Positions 24,941-39,655 of a stretch of DNA of 64,000 nucleotides are shown here, in pieces. The notes beneath the pieces are model-generated. The model did no database searches, had not been told where the DNA came from, and saw only the letters and a list, made by a program, of their open reading frames with translations. This DNA comes from Octopus vulgaris (lineage: Eukaryota): the NCBI GenBank assembly GCA_951406725.2, contig OX597818.1, forward strand, positions 15,748,001-15,812,000, read 5' to 3'. The translations under genes were made by a program, and so were the position numbers. The number at the start of each line of letters is the position of its first letter. The stretch's first letter is position 1.

Positions 24941-24945
24941 ATGCA

Positions 24946-24983
<38 letters not shown>

Positions 24984-25161
24984 CACAGATGTCACAGTGT
25001 AATAAAATGCTTGCTTCCCAACCACATAGTTTCAAGTATGGTACCACTGTGCAGCACTTCAGGCAAATACCTTCTACTTTACCCCCAGGCTAATCAAATC
25101 CTTGTGAGTGGATTTGGTAGACGGAAACTGAAAAGAAGCCTGTCATATATATGTGTGTGTG

Positions 25162-25199
<38 letters not shown>

Positions 25200-25372
25200 A
25201 TCTGTGTTTGTCCCTCCAACATCGCCTGACAACCGATGCTGGTGTGTTTATGTCCCCATAACTTAGCGGTTCGGCAAAAGAGGCCGATAGAATAAGATTT
25301 GGTCGACTAAAGGCAGTGCTCCAGCATGGCCACAGTCAAATGACTGAAACAAGTAAAAGAGAGAGTAAAGAG

Positions 25373-26163
25373 GGATCTTTTCTTTTTGAACGGCAGTTTT
25401 CAGCACAATTTCTAGTTAACTAAACACTTTTAAACTTCGTATACTGCTAGAATGTGTTTATAAAACATCATTTTTTCTTGGCTTTACTGAGAAAATTCTA
25501 TAGTTTGTAAGATATTTCCACTTTAAAATCGAGAATTTCGGCAATTTTAACCAATCGCTGTAGTTCATTTGGGGTGAAAACATTCCGTGCTGTATGAATA
25601 TGTCCCTCCTTTAAGAAACAGATTAGGTTTATTTACATTTGCGAAGAAAAAAAGATACCCTTCCCCCACCCCTAAAACAGATTGAAATGCAATAGATCGA
25701 TACTAGGGTTATAATTATGGGTGACATTTTCATTTGACACCGCTAGAAAAAAATCCCATTTTCCGTAGCAGTGTCGTATGAATTTGTCACCCATAATTAT
25801 AACCCTAGTATTGATCTATTGCATTTCAATATGTTTTAGGGTTAGGGGTGTGGTTAGGGTTAGGGGTGGGGGAAGGGTATCTTTTTTTCTTCGCAAATGT
25901 AAATAAACCCAATCTGTTTCTTAAAAGGAGGGACATATTCATACAGCACGGAATGTTTTCACCCCAAATGGACTACAGCGATTGGTTAAAATTGCCGAAA
26001 TGCTCGATTTTAAAGTGGAAATATCTTACAAACTATAGAATTTTCTCAATAATGCCAAGAAAAAATGATGTTTTATAAACACATTCTACCAGTATACGAA
26101 GTTTAAAAGTGTTTAGTTAACTAGAAATAGTGTTGAAAACTGCCGTTCAAAAGGAAAAGATCC
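25373..26163. mobile_element. Related MITE in a near-fully palindromic 791-bp form, with 8-bp TSD
   Basis: GGATCTTTTC...GAAAAGATCC termini, TSD gtaaagag on both sides. Both arms are homologous to the body of 8194-8653. Confidence 0.9.
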
Positions 26164-27179
26164 GTAAAGAGTAAAGAGCAATCATAATATATATAATAAT
26201 ACTAATGAACATATTGTATTCAGTGCTCAAGTGCACTACTACTAATTAGAAAAGGTAACCAAACTGCATGAACAATACGGTGAATATGGAGAGGAGGTGG
26301 AACAGTGAATAAGTCTTTAAAAAAAGGGGGAAAGAAAACCGAGGTAGGGGGCATCAGGTGTATTGTTAGCAAATTTCAAGAAGCATGGAGGTTTTACAAA
26401 GATGTAGTGTCCCGACAGCTAACAACAGATGTGGGTAGTTTATTCCATGTTTCAGCAATTCTGTGTGAAAAAAATGTTTCCGAAAGTCATGGGTGTTGTG
26501 TTGTTTTTTTGTTGTTTTTTTTATTCTGTAAGCATGTCCACAAGTGTTAGATAAATAGAATTGAAAAAGGTGTCGAAGGTTGTTGTTGTTGGAAAGATGG
26601 TGGATAATGCTGAGGATGTCTAATAAACCAGTTGCCTTCCTTGAAACTGAATAGCTCATAATTCATTTTATCATTCTATGTTTAATACCATCTCAACAAT
26701 AGAAATGTCGAAAATAATATAACACATAACCATCTTGATTCCTTGAAATTACACTGAGAAATTTATGATAGCATTTAAACACATTTTGTAGGGTGTAATA
26801 ATGGAGGAATGTTAAAAAATATATTACTAGGTGAACATACTATTGTAAATATTACAATAGTAAGTTCACCTAAAAGGCTGTCACAAAATAAACTTTAAAA
26901 TTCATAGATAACATGATGACAGAAAAACGGAGCGGTTGTATACGAGATTGATTGTTGTATTTTTTGAGTTACTTCCCTTTAACCAGTGGATTAGATATCC
27001 TAACAAATTTGCCTCCATTGTTCATTCTCCTTTATGATCTATGTTCCAAAACTAAATATTGGTTCTCTCAGTTGATTAAAGAAGCCTCTAATTTAAAAAA
27101 ATAATAAAATTAACACCTAGACTTAGATATTTATAATAAACTTACTAACAAATCTTTTTGACTGAGTGTATTCAGGATA

Positions 27180-29540
27180 ATAAGGAGGCTAGTTCTTTTA
27201 ACTTTGTCCAATGCTGCCTTAGCCCTTGATTATGTTTTTGCAAGGCATGCTATAGACATGGTTGTACAGTTAAGAAGTTTTCATGAACTATAGGCGAAAT
27301 CTGTTCTCAGAGCCTTCCTATTCATCATAGTCCTCCAGGCTATAGAAGAGAATTTTAAAACTGACTGTCTTTGGGAACTACTATATGCTGATGATTTTGT
27401 TCTTCTAGCTGCATCTGTAGTAAAATTAGAAAAGAAATTCCAGGTGTAGCAGCAAAACCTTGAATTAGTAAACTTTGCAATTATCTTAGCTAAGACCAAA
27501 GTTCTAGTTAGCAGGAAAACAAACGAGATTCTAACTCCTTTCAGGAAAATGGTTCTGTTTTGATATGTATGCAAGGTGTAGATGGAAATTCCATCTGGTA
27601 TGCTCACTGCAAGCTATGCAGTGCAGTGGAATCCTAGGAACATTAACAGAGAAAGTAGCCTTTGTATGAGGCAGATGCACAGGAATAATAAACATTAAGA
27701 ACACAGGGGAAATAGAGTTTCTTGTACGTCCAGAAGGTTCCCTAAAAGTAGTAGCTTTTGTTACCTATGTGACCAAATTAGCAGTGGTGGAAGATGTTCT
27801 GAAAGTAAAGTTATTAGAATAAGAAGACAATGGAGGCAGTTCAGAGAGCTATTACCTTTGTTGGTGAGAAAAAGGCGTTTCAGCATGAAAAGTATTAGCC
27901 TGTCAAGAAAGTTCTTGTGGTTTTTAACCTTTAAATTCTTGACTCAAACAAAGCTTTATTAATCGAAATAAATGCCGTCAGAATCAGTAGACTTTTGTCA
28001 ATGCGAAACAAGTTTATTTCTGCCAGTAACATAAAAATCCTACATTCTGGTGGTGATGAAGTTGAAGGCATGTTTGGCATCATCTTGGTTTTTTAAGCGT
28101 TTCTCATACAAGAAGTTGTCGAGATGCTTGAAAAAGTGGTAGTTGGTAGGCAAGAGGTCTGGTGAGTATGGCGAATGAAGCAGAGTTTCGTAGCCCAATT
28201 AGTTCAACTTCTGCAGGGTCAGTTGTGCGACGTGCAGCTGAGCGTTGTCATGGAGAAGAATTGGTCCTTTTCTATTGACCAATGCTGGCTGTTGTTGTCA
28301 GAGTTTCTTATGCATTTCATCCATTTACTGACAGTACTTCGCCACCATAATGGTTTCACCTGGATCCAAAAAGCTGCAATGGATGAGACTGGCTGCAGAC
28401 CACCAAACAGTCACCATAACCTTCTTCTGATGCAACTTTGGCTTCGGGAAGTGCTGTGAAGCTTCGTCAGCGTCCAATCACTGAGCTGAGCATCGCTGGT
28501 TGTCATAAAGAATCTACTTTTCATCGCAAGTCACAATCTGGACAAGAAATGGGTCATTCTTGTTGTGTAAAAGCAGGGAAAACAACACTTCAAAACAGTG
28601 GTTTTTTTTGGTTGTCGTTCAATTCATGTAGCACCCATTTGTCAAGTATTTTTGTTTTTCCAATCTTTTTTAAATGGTTGGAAATTGTTTTATACATTAC
28701 GCCTAATTCAGAAGCAAGCTCTCGAACAGTTGTGCGTTGATTGGCTTCAACTAAGGCTGACCACTATGCTTATCATCTTCAAGACTCTCGTCACTGCTAC
28801 AAAATTTCTTGAACCACCATTGTGCTGTACGTTCATGAGCCAAACACACCATTGATATCGCGAGCTGTTTCAGCAGCTTTTCAGCCTAGATTGAACTGGA
28901 ATAAGAAAATTGTATGAATTTGCTTTTTGTCCATGTTGTATTCAACATTCCAGAAAAAAAATGGCCTAATTATTTAAAAAGAAAAAGTGTAACACGATCA
29001 GATAGAGCGAAAAACGGGCTTTAAAATGATATATAAATTCAAAGTAATTTAACGAAAATTTATTTGAAAATACATCATTTAAAATCAAAATTTTAAATTC
29101 CGCAGGAACTTTCTTGACAACCTAATTGATGGTATATGTACAAACAGCAGTGCTTCTTAGTTGTGAGATGTGGGTCATGAATACAGAGGACAAATGAAGA
29201 CAAGAAAGAAATGAAGTTAGTATGCTCCATTGAATGTGCAATATCAGTGTTTATGAACAACAGAGTACAAATTTGATAGAGAAAAATTGAGCATAAGAGA
29301 AATTAGATGTGATGTGCAAGAGAGAAAACTGCACTGGTATGGTCATATGACATGTAGAGCTGAGAACAGCTTTATAAAGAATTGCCAATCATTAATGATG
29401 GAAGTTGTGGAAGAGAAAGTCCCAGGAAAACATTGATGGAATAGTGAGGGCTGATCTCAAAATGCTGAGCTTCAAAGAGGAGATGACAAAAAAACCAAGA
29501 TTATTGGAAACTTGATGTGCTCAAGAACTATCAATTTCAA
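27180..29540 (+). mobile_element. Decayed RTE-type LINE (split by the mariner at 27895-29125)
   Basis: LWELLYADDFVLLA at about 27370; 3' coding remnants (LHWYGH) resume after the mariner. Confidence 0.75.
27895..29125 (-). mobile_element. Near full-length decayed mariner inserted into a LINE fragment
   Basis: TIRs ttagcctgtcaagaaagttc and gaactttcttgacaacctaa. The minus strand encodes PYSPDLLPTNYHFFKHLDNFL. Confidence 0.88.
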
Positions 29541-31552
29541 TGAATGAGAAGTCCTAAAAGCAGTATATACACATCTATGCACTAACTGGACCCTGCTCCT
29601 ACACCGAATCTGTCCCTTCAAGCGTTTGCCATTTTTTCATCTTCCAATCGCCACTCTTCTAACTATGATGCTATTCAGTTGCTATGATCACATGAGAGCA
29701 GATATACACATATTTCATCCCCTTTTGTGCTATAGTTATTCCACCTCCTTTGGAACCATTCCCTTTTGAAATATATCGCTCATTCTTATCCTTTTCCCCT
29801 TTATCTTCCACGGATTACACTTCTTTGTGCTTCAAGGTATCTTTCCTTCAACTATGAGATACATTTTAGAACTGTCATATTTAATCTTTAACACCTCCCC
29901 TCATTTGCTATCATTCTCCTCACCTTGTCACATCTGCTGTTGATGCTCTCAGCCTAACTTTATCCCCCACTCACTAGGGTCACCCCACTACATACTGCTA
30001 ACATTCATCACCATACATCTCTCTCCCACCACCAACCCCAGCACATTATCTCCATATTTACTAATCTACCTATAGGTTCATAGTACTGCTACTTACTTCC
30101 CTTCCTGTATTGCCACTTATCACCTTCCTCTGCCACTCATAATGCTTCACCTCCCACCTCCATACTGATATTCTCCTCTGACTAAATCTCAACCCTTCTT
30201 CTGTTCACTCTGTTTAACCCCTACATCCATCTTTAACCATCTGTCACTCTCCTCTCATGCTCTAATGAATATATCTACTTACCGTTACTAATTTTTTGTC
30301 CACATTCTCACTTATATTTACCTTCTCATATTTTGATAGTTCACTCTGATACCTCATCACCGCCATCTACCCAACTACTTGCACCCATCTTTATCTAATG
30401 TGACATAACCAAGTATCACCTCTATAGCAAGACACTGGTGCCAGTTCCTCTATAATATTTTAACTCTTAACATGTGACATAAAGCTACTTCCCTCTTTAT
30501 TATAATCACTCAAGAAGTCTTTTTCTTTGTGCTGCAAGTTACTTACTGACCTAACTGGAGCTGGTGTCATGAGAAATGTAATGAGGTTGGGAAGGGCATC
30601 CAGCCAGGCCCATCGCCAAACTTTGGTACCTGGGGGTGCTTTAAAATATTTGGGGTGGGCACTTATTTGTATTGATACTAAAGTGGAGTTTCAAAATAAG
30701 TGTGTCACTGTAAATCTGAGGGTGAACCATTAAATAGTGAGGGGGAAGTGCCATCCAGCGCACCCTTCAGTGACAGACATGCATCCAGCCACAGAAACCA
30801 TTCAAAAACAGACATTGCAGCTTAAAATAGTCCTCTGGCTCATTGAATCCTGTCAAATCTGTCCAATCAATGCCAGCATGAAAACCGGATGTTAAATGAT
30901 AATGATGATGATTTAAAACATTCAAAATACTTTTAAATCCAAGAATTCGAGATTCTCTTACATCTCTGACAAACAAATATACTTAAGAACAGCACCAAAC
31001 CTTGAAAAAAATTAACTCAAGTCATATAATGCCTGCTGCCACTCATCTGAACCATTTTTAGATTAACCCATCCTTTATCATGAAGTAATGAAAAGTTGTT
31101 GTTTAGATCCTGGCAAGCTGACTTATAATTAAATATGTTCCAATTATGACTATACTGTTTATTTATTTCAGGCTCAGTGCCTTTTATTTCAAGCTATTTG
31201 AAAGATATTTGTAGATCCAGATATGCAAAAATCTATTAGTATAGAAATCATGTTTAATTTTCTATATCAGTGCTTCTCAGAGTAAACAATGATAAATTGT
31301 ATAGGAATGCTGAGAACAAAAGAAGCAATGATAGGGGACAGGGGTTGTAATAAATACATCTGTACAGCTTTATTTTAGTTTTTGTCTCTTAATTAATTAA
31401 TTGTAGAAAACATTTCAATGTAATAGTATGATAAAGTGCATGTTAGCCGTAGTTACAAGAAAGACAATAACTAAGACAGCATGAACAATAATAACAGTAA
31501 TAACTGACTGAAACAAAACCAAATATATACTATGTAGTTAAATTATAAACTA

Positions 31553-31850
31553 ATGTTGGGTAATGTCTTGCATTTGCCACTGGATGGGTAATTTTTAAAA
31601 GAAACAAAGTTAGCATGCTCCACTGGATGGGTAATGTTTGAAAGAAATGAAGCTAGCATGGTCCACTGGATAGGTAGTGTTTGAAAGAAATGAAGCTAGC
31701 ATGGTCCACTGGATGGGTAGTGTTTAAAAGAAATGAAGCAAGCATGGTCCACTGGATGGGTAGTGTTTGAAAGAAATGAAGCTAGCATGCTCCACTGGAT
31801 GGGTAATGCTTGAAAGAAATGAAGCTAGCATGCTCTGCTGGATGGGTAAT
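31553..31850 (+). repeat. 43-bp minisatellite, about 7 copies, at the 5' end of a truncated LINE fragment
   Basis: ccactggat recurs at 31577, 31620, 31663, 31706, 31749 and 31792. The last unit runs into LINE sequence (ERNEASMLCWM), which continues to about 32160. Confidence 0.9.
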
Positions 31851-33628
31851 GTCAGTGTGCGTGCACGACACAATGTAAAAGATTTAAGAGGAAAACTGTA
31901 TATAAGAGGAATCATATGTTGTGCGCAAGAGAGAGAAGACTGTACTGGTTTGGTCATGTAATTGTGTATGGATGAGGACAGCTGCATAAAGAAGTACCTA
32001 GCTCTAATTACGGAGGGTACCTGTGGAAAGGGTAGACACAGGAAGACGTGAGATGAAGTGATGAGAAAGGATCTTAGGATGCTGGGCCTCACTGAGGAAA
32101 TGACCAGGGACTGGGAGATGTGGTGATTTGCTGCACTTGACAAGACATGTCAAGCTAAGTAAAATCGCTATCTTCCACACATACAGGCTTGTCCTTTCAG
32201 GGGCCAGTGCCACATAAAAAGCACCTGGGCCAGTGTTGTGTAAATGCACCCATGCCAATGGCACGTAAAAGGCACCCAGCACACTGTTAAGTGGTTGGTA
32301 TAAGGAAGTGCATCCAGCTGTAGAAACCATGCCACAACAGACAGCTGGAGCCTGGACAGCTCCCTGCAAGCCAGCTCCATGTCAAACTGTCCAACCCAAG
32401 CCAGCATGGGGAGCAGGCATTAAACGATGATAATGATGATGATGATGATTATTTCTATGCATGTAATAATGATGGCCACTGCAACTGTGGTATTAGGTAA
32501 TGTTCCAACTGGAGTGTGTATAATATATATGTGTCTTAGTGTTTGTCCCCCACCACTATCACAACCACATGACAACTGCTGTTGGTTTGCTTATGTCCCT
32601 TTCAGAAAAAGAGACAAATTAAGTACCAGACTTTAAAAATGAGTACAGGGTTTGATTGCTTGACTAAAGCCTTCAAGGTGGTACCCCAGCATGGCTACAG
32701 CCAGTGACTGAAACAAGCAAAAGCTATGTGCATGCATTTAATTCTAATGGATTTTAGCCGGGGGGGGGGTAAAAGTATTAGTAAAAGAAAGGAGGTGGAA
32801 TGATAGCAAAAAAAATCTGAGAAACAGTTTTATATGTAAATTGAATGGAAGAGGTTGGAAAGAGTTGATTTTAACATTGAATATATCCCCCATGTAAAAA
32901 CATAAGGACTAAAGAAAGACCAATAATTTTTACAGATAATGAAAACAACTTTCTTCTGACAATCCAGGAAATCCGGCACAAAAGATTCTTCTTATTAGTC
33001 CATTACATGACATATTACAGCTGCTTTCCTTTAATGGTAATTTAGGCTTCTTCTCGTCAGACTTCAATATCAAGCACTAGGTATTAAGTAGAATTTTTTT
33101 AAAATTTTCAATGTCATAACACCAACCACAAAAAGTGGATATTTATGTAGATTATATTGTATATTTCAGAGAAAATAATTTTGCAAGGATGAAAATGCAA
33201 AACAGGAAAAGAGTCATTGACTATTTTAGAAGCAAGCTGATATTCAACCAACCCAAATAGCCATGGCTCTGATGCCAAGTTCAGTTTAAGTTGGTTTTTT
33301 TATTTTGTTTTATTGTTTACTAAACACACATGCGCAATTTGTTTTTGTTCCTTTTTCTCTTTATTTTAATTTACTGGCTTAAAAATAAAACCCCTGTACC
33401 CACTTCCATAAGATTGGGAATTGGGATGTAAAATCAAACTAAAAAAATTACATACATCCGGATGAAAAAATATGTAACATGAAAACGGAAAAGAAATAAT
33501 TCAAGCATTTGTATATAAGAAGCCCACTGTAGTGTGTGTGGTGTCTTTCCCTTGCATATTCTGGTGAAAGCTATATACATCAGCATGATAACTAATAAAC
33601 AGTGCATCTGAACAAAAAATACCTTATT

Positions 33629-33674
<46 letters not shown>

Positions 33675-35097
33675 CACATCCAAGTAGCTCCAACCTTGCC
33701 TCTCCTTGTCACACTCACCATGTGACCTATTGCAAAACTTACAATCACAAGACACATGATCAGAAATTAAATAAACCAAGTAAGAAAAACAAATCCCAAA
33801 CTAGGATGGTCAATGCTTACAAGCAAAGTCTTTAAATTATTTATGTACAACACTTATAACAAAGATACCATCCTAAAAACAAAATTTGTTTTTTTTTTGT
33901 TTTGTTTTTTTTTAGTTTAAATCCTGTAACTAATGGACCACTCCTTTATTGCAAGTTGTCAACATTTGGTTACTAAAAATAAATTCAAGGTAATTGACAC
34001 CAAAACAATTAAAATGCTTTGCTACTAGGCTGATAATTTTGTATTTGTTTTTCCTCTTTTAAGCATTTCTCTTGAATGCATTACACAAATTAGCAGTTGG
34101 TTGAGCCAAAAAGGATACAGATCTCATGGTTTGTCATCTCACTCAGACTGGAGCCTGGTGCAGCCTCCTGGTTTCCCAGGCCCCGGTTGAACTGTCCAAC
34201 CCATGCAAGCACGGAAAACGGACGTTAAATGATGATGATGATGATGATGATGATAAATGCAAACAATGCAGTACAGTTAAAAAGCTTGCTTCACAACCAT
34301 CTGGTTTGGGGTTCAGTCCCACAAGGTAGCATCTTGGGTCATTGTTATCTACTATAGCCTCAGGACAACTAAAACCTTGTGAGTGTTTTTGGTAGACAGA
34401 AACTGAAAGAAGCCTATAGAGAGACAGACAGACAGACATGTGTATACATACATATACACACAGATGTGCGCGTGTGTTCCCTTGTCTTGACATGGCGCAA
34501 TGGTTGTAAACAAACATAATTATGCTCGTTTACAAGCATAAAGTAGGAAATAAATTATAATTTATTTCCTAACTTTTGTGAAAACCTTTAGTGAAAAGCA
34601 GGTCTAACTATGGGGGAAAATATTAACCTTACTTCGAAACAGATGAGGATTGGCAAAAGGAAGGGTTTCAAGCCATGAAAAATCTACTTCAACTGATTCC
34701 ATCTGATTCACGCAAGCATGGGAAAGTGGATGCCAAAACAATGATGATGATGATGATGATGATGATAACAGTTTATGTTCCCATGTTGACATTTATACCC
34801 AGATCAGTTCTGACTGAGTGAAGCAGACTGATGACAAAAACTTTCCCAGCTGTAATCTTCTTGTCTTTTCTTCATATGTATAGCATCCAATATTACATTA
34901 CTGAATGTGTTCAATCTCTCTGTTTTTTTTTTTTTCTGAAGATGGCCACAGTCCAATGACTGTAACAGGTTAAAGATAAAAGATACAATATGAAAGAGAT
35001 TCAGCTGTTATATTTAACAAGTTGGGCTCCTTCACCAGTTTATGCAAAATGCACGATATAGACTGACTATTTCAGTAAAAATATGTATTGTTTAGAA

Positions 35098-35387
35098 CAG
35101 GGGTTCTCAAACATTTTTTACCTTTGAACCCCTTTGATTCCTATTTTACTTGAGTGGACCCCCCATAGCCATTCAATGCTTAAAAATCCTATAGTATTTT
35201 TATAATTAAATATTATTAGACATTGTATAAAAATTGTTAAAATATTTTGTGTATTGTGAATGTATAAGCAATTTATTGTACATAAACATTACTAGTCTGA
35301 AGTACAATTTTTTCATGGCCCCTCAAATATTACAATAGACCCCCAACTTGCTATATTGTATCCATGGGCTCCGGTTAAGAACCCCTG
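35098..35387. mobile_element. hAT (Charlie-like) MITE
   Basis: TIRs caggggttctcaa and ttaagaacccctg; imperfect 8-bp flanks gtttagaa and ctttacag. Confidence 0.75.
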
Positions 35388-37280
35388 CTTTACAGGGTAC
35401 ATTTCCCATTCACTACTGTAGGACAACAATAGCATATGCTCAATGGTTGAATCCTTACACTGGAACATGTCACATTTATGCAAAGAAAATTAGTTTGTAT
35501 GATATACAAGCCTTCCATAGAGAGATTAGCAATTTCTAGGAAATAAAATGACTACAACATTATAACAGGATTTACTTGTGGAAGTTATTGTTTAGCCTTA
35601 GGTTAACTTTAGTCAAAGACATTCCAGCCATGAGCTTCCCAGCTTATTTTTAGAGAGTATCTTTAAAATTACATTATGTAATGTGTCCTGCCATTTTTTA
35701 CGATGATGGAGTATAATTTGAGGGATATTCACTTATGTTTAGAAGCATGGCTGACCAGAGATTCTCGTTGGCTTGCCACTACCGAATATTTAACTGAAGG
35801 CCGTTCACTATATTCATCAAAATTGACAAATATATTCATTACTACTGTTAGCTTGCACTAGATGATCTTAAATCTGCTTACAAGGCTTGTAGAAGACAAC
35901 AAGGAACCATTCTTCTGCATCCTTCCTTCAATTAATTCATGAAGTGGAATCTTTCAATCATGGCCCAATAAAACAATGTATCGTGTAATTTACCTCATAC
36001 TGAATTATATCAAAGGCAATAACATTTTGTGACTCACATCTTAAATGATGTTTGCTACACACAAGCTCATCTAAGAATGCATACTAAGAAAGACCACTCA
36101 ATTGTTATGCATGAAGTCACTCACCAACACAATGCAATTACTGGTCCAAAGACATACTGTTTCCTCTCTCTATCTTTTCTACAGTAGCCTAGTCTTCTCT
36201 AAGCTTGCTAGTCTCGTACCAGCTCTGTTCAAGCATTCCTGATTCACTCATAGTCCTCCTCCCATTACCCATATTGTACTAATCACAAACCACTATGTCC
36301 AGCCCTTTCTCATCAGAATTTCAACCCTTTAGAATTCCCCACCCCCAGCAGTCATCAACATCACAAAGGGCCTGGGAATGCCCTAGATGCAGCCTCTTCC
36401 TCAAGACCAAACCAACAAAAAGAAAAAAATGCTGTTATCTTTAAGCTTGAAGAAGGGAAATGAGCAATACTAATGTACTTGTCTTTCCCCAACACCAAGA
36501 GTAATCAAACTAAAGCCCATGGGCCAAATTCAGCCAACCACTTTCATTAAATATTGCATACAAAAATTCTTTTATTTGCTTTATCTACCTTTGGTCAGTG
36601 AACAATATAATACAGTCATGACATATAACACAAGTCTTATTACTGTAGTGGTCCCAAATAAATGTTTTATATTAATACAAAAATTATAAAAGTGAGTTCC
36701 CTTCATTTCGTTAAAAACTAAAACTTTCCCTAGTTGTGATATTTTAAGTAGTAAATATTTTCAGTTTCCTAAATAAATAAATCAACAAAAGCTAACAGCA
36801 TTTCATGCATTGTTGTAATATAGTTTACAGGAATAAGGCAGCGAACTGGTAGAATGGTTAGCACCCCGGGCAAGATGCTAAGTGGTATTTCGTCAGTCTT
36901 TCTGTTCTGAGTTCAAATTCAGCCAAGGTTGACTTTGTCTTTCACCCTTTCAGTGTCAATAAAATGAAGTACTGGTTAAACAAATACTAGAGCCAATGTA
37001 ATCAACTTACCCACTCCTCCAAAATTGCTGGCCTTGTGCCAAAATTTGAAACCAATATAGTTTACTCAATTCTAAGAAAGGAGGGAGTAATAAAAAATAT
37101 TTACTTGTCCAGGTAAATTGGCTCACACCATATTTATATGATGGCCACAATAACTGTACCATCCACCACTTTCAGCTTTAAACTGTTTTACTTCTTCACA
37201 GCATGATACATCATGCATGGTACATAGCAATTTTAATGTCATTACATGTGTAGCAATTCCTTCCTTCATACAGATGATGT

Positions 37281-37540
37281 TTAACCCTTTAGCATTCACC
37301 TGTTTCTTTCAAAACTAATGCTTATTTATTTAGAATTGTTTTGAATGAATCATGCATTATCTTGTAGCTTTGAGATCTTGATGAGGTAACTTAATTTTTA
37401 GAATATTGTAAGCTTGGTGTGAGAAGCCAGATCTGACCAGTTTGAACATAGAACTATTTTGACTGGATATAGCCAGTTTAAATGTTAAAAGGTTGGACTA
37501 TTTTGACTGGATATGGCCAGTTTAAATGTTAAAAGGTTAC
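37281..37540. mobile_element. TTAA-flanked (piggyBac-like) MITE; related copies at about 38010-38218 and 55346-55576
   Basis: ttaa-cccttt agcatt start, aatgttaaaaggtt end, and a shared internal body between the copies. Confidence 0.6.
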
Positions 37541-37785
37541 AAAAAATTCAAATACATGCTGTTTCTACAGGCTTTTATTATCATGGTTTCAATTATTATT
37601 TACTTCAGCTCACAAAAGCCTCTTTCCAAAGAAAGTTCCCTGCACCTTGCAAATCATTAAAAGAATATATGTAGCAAAATGGTTTCAATCTTGTATCAAA
37701 ACCAGGATAGAACTTAACCCAATGAATCCTTCAGTTCTGCTTTGGTGGTATGTTTTTCACCAAATAACTGAACTATCAAGGTTTA

Positions 37786-38165
37786 TTATGCTCAAACTGA
37801 CCTGATCAGGTCTCTCACACCTATCTTACAATGTCATTCTAAAAATAAACAATCACATCATTGAAATCTCAAAGCTACAAGATAATGTATGATAAATTCA
37901 AAACAATGTGAATAAATATGCATTACGTTTGACAGAGAATGTTCCTAGATTAATCGGAAACATAGATTGCCAGTAGCATGGCAATCTATGTTTCCGATTA
38001 ATCTAGGAACATTCTCTGTCAAACGTAATGCATATTTATTCACATTGTTTTGAATTTATCATACATTATCTTGTAGCTTTGAGATTTCAATGATGTGATT
38101 GTTTATTTTTAGAATGACATTGTAAGATAGGTGTGAGAGACCTGATCAGGTCAGTTTGAGCATAA
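37786..38165. repeat. Perfect palindrome with 187-bp arms and a 6-nt spacer
   Basis: 37786-37972 is the reverse complement of 37979-38165; spacer gtagca. Confidence 0.95.
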
Positions 38166-38964
38166 AACAGGCAGAGTATTTGGGCCAGATATAACCAGTT
38201 TGAACACTAAAGGGTCAAGGTAGAAGTCAGAAAGCCAGAAATTGTAGGGTGTTGAAAATACTGGGAACAATAACTTTAGAAAGGAATGGATTGAAGTGAA
38301 CTTTGCCAAAAGTATGACATATGGTCATGGAATAACTACAAATAGCTGGGAAAATTAGACTTGTGATGATGACAATAAATAATAGGAATTAAGTTAAGAA
38401 AAGAGACCTGAAGTCTGTTGTCAAATTAGCAAATTGTTTTGTTCTTCTTTTAATTTTTGCATAACTGGATAAGAAAAAGTGGTACTGGTGCCACATTAAA
38501 AAGCACTCATACTAGATGCCACATAAAAAGCATCCAGTACACTCAGTAAAGTGGTTGGTATTGGGAAGGGCATCCAGCCATAGAAACAATATCAGAACAA
38601 TGGAACCTGGTGCGATCCCCAGCCTCACCAGCTCCTGTCAAACTGTCCAACCAATGCCAGCATGGAAAACAAACTTTAAATGATGATGATGAATGATATC
38701 AAGTGAAGTCTTCCACTTCACCCTCTCTAATGTTAAGATACATGCAATTAAAACCCTAATTGTTGCTAGAAATGCTAAGCTTTATAACTGATCTCTTCTA
38801 GAGATCTCATCCTCCCAAAGCAAAAATCACATCCAAAAGACAAGTTTTTCTTTTCTGGACCAGAAGATATTTTAGTGCAGAACAACTGCTAACTCTCAAC
38901 TAAAGTGAAATGAAAGCCACAATGAAGTTCAGCTCCTACATCAGGGACTCTTCTCCTTCTTCTT

Positions 38965-38996
<32 letters not shown>

Positions 38997-39655
38997 GCTG
39001 CTGCTGCTACTACTACTACTACTGCTGCTACCACTACTACTACTACAAAATTAAAAAAAAAAAAAAAATGAAATCCAACACCACATCTAAAGGGAAGCTG
39101 TCCAGCTAATTAGCAAGGACTCACTCATAAACACACTCCAGCCTCTAAACCACATGTGGGCTGATTCCTCATCTCTTCTAAAACTACTACAACATTCTCA
39201 GCTTCTCAGAGCTAGTTATTTATATCACTGCCACCAGCCAATCCTACTCTTGCCATCGAAGTCCTATACTATCCACTTGGTCAGATCCTTCCTCCTTAAA
39301 AACATCAACTTGTTGGAACTCCATCTTCAGCCATATTTTTTCTGGTATGCATCTTGCACCCAAACCATAAAAAGAGGTAGCATGAGAGCAAATCAAAATA
39401 AGTATTTCTATCTCAAAATTGCAGAGATTGTTTGTTTTGTTTTTTATTTCATCTAAATACAAAACCTGTTATAAACAATATAAAAATTTAGAGGGTTAAG
39501 GGTAAATTACATAGACTTGCTAAATAAATGAAAAGAGTTCTGCTGCAGTATTCACGGTTAACTCTTAGATACATTTAAACTACTAGTCCATCTATTTAAA
39601 AAAAGAAAGCTTTGGTGAAATAAAACAACATCAAAAATATTAAGATAAACTGTAG

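Noticed and set aside
31553-31850. CRISPR-like regular repeats
   Set aside because: Contiguous 43-bp units with no unique spacers, LINE-derived, in a eukaryotic context.
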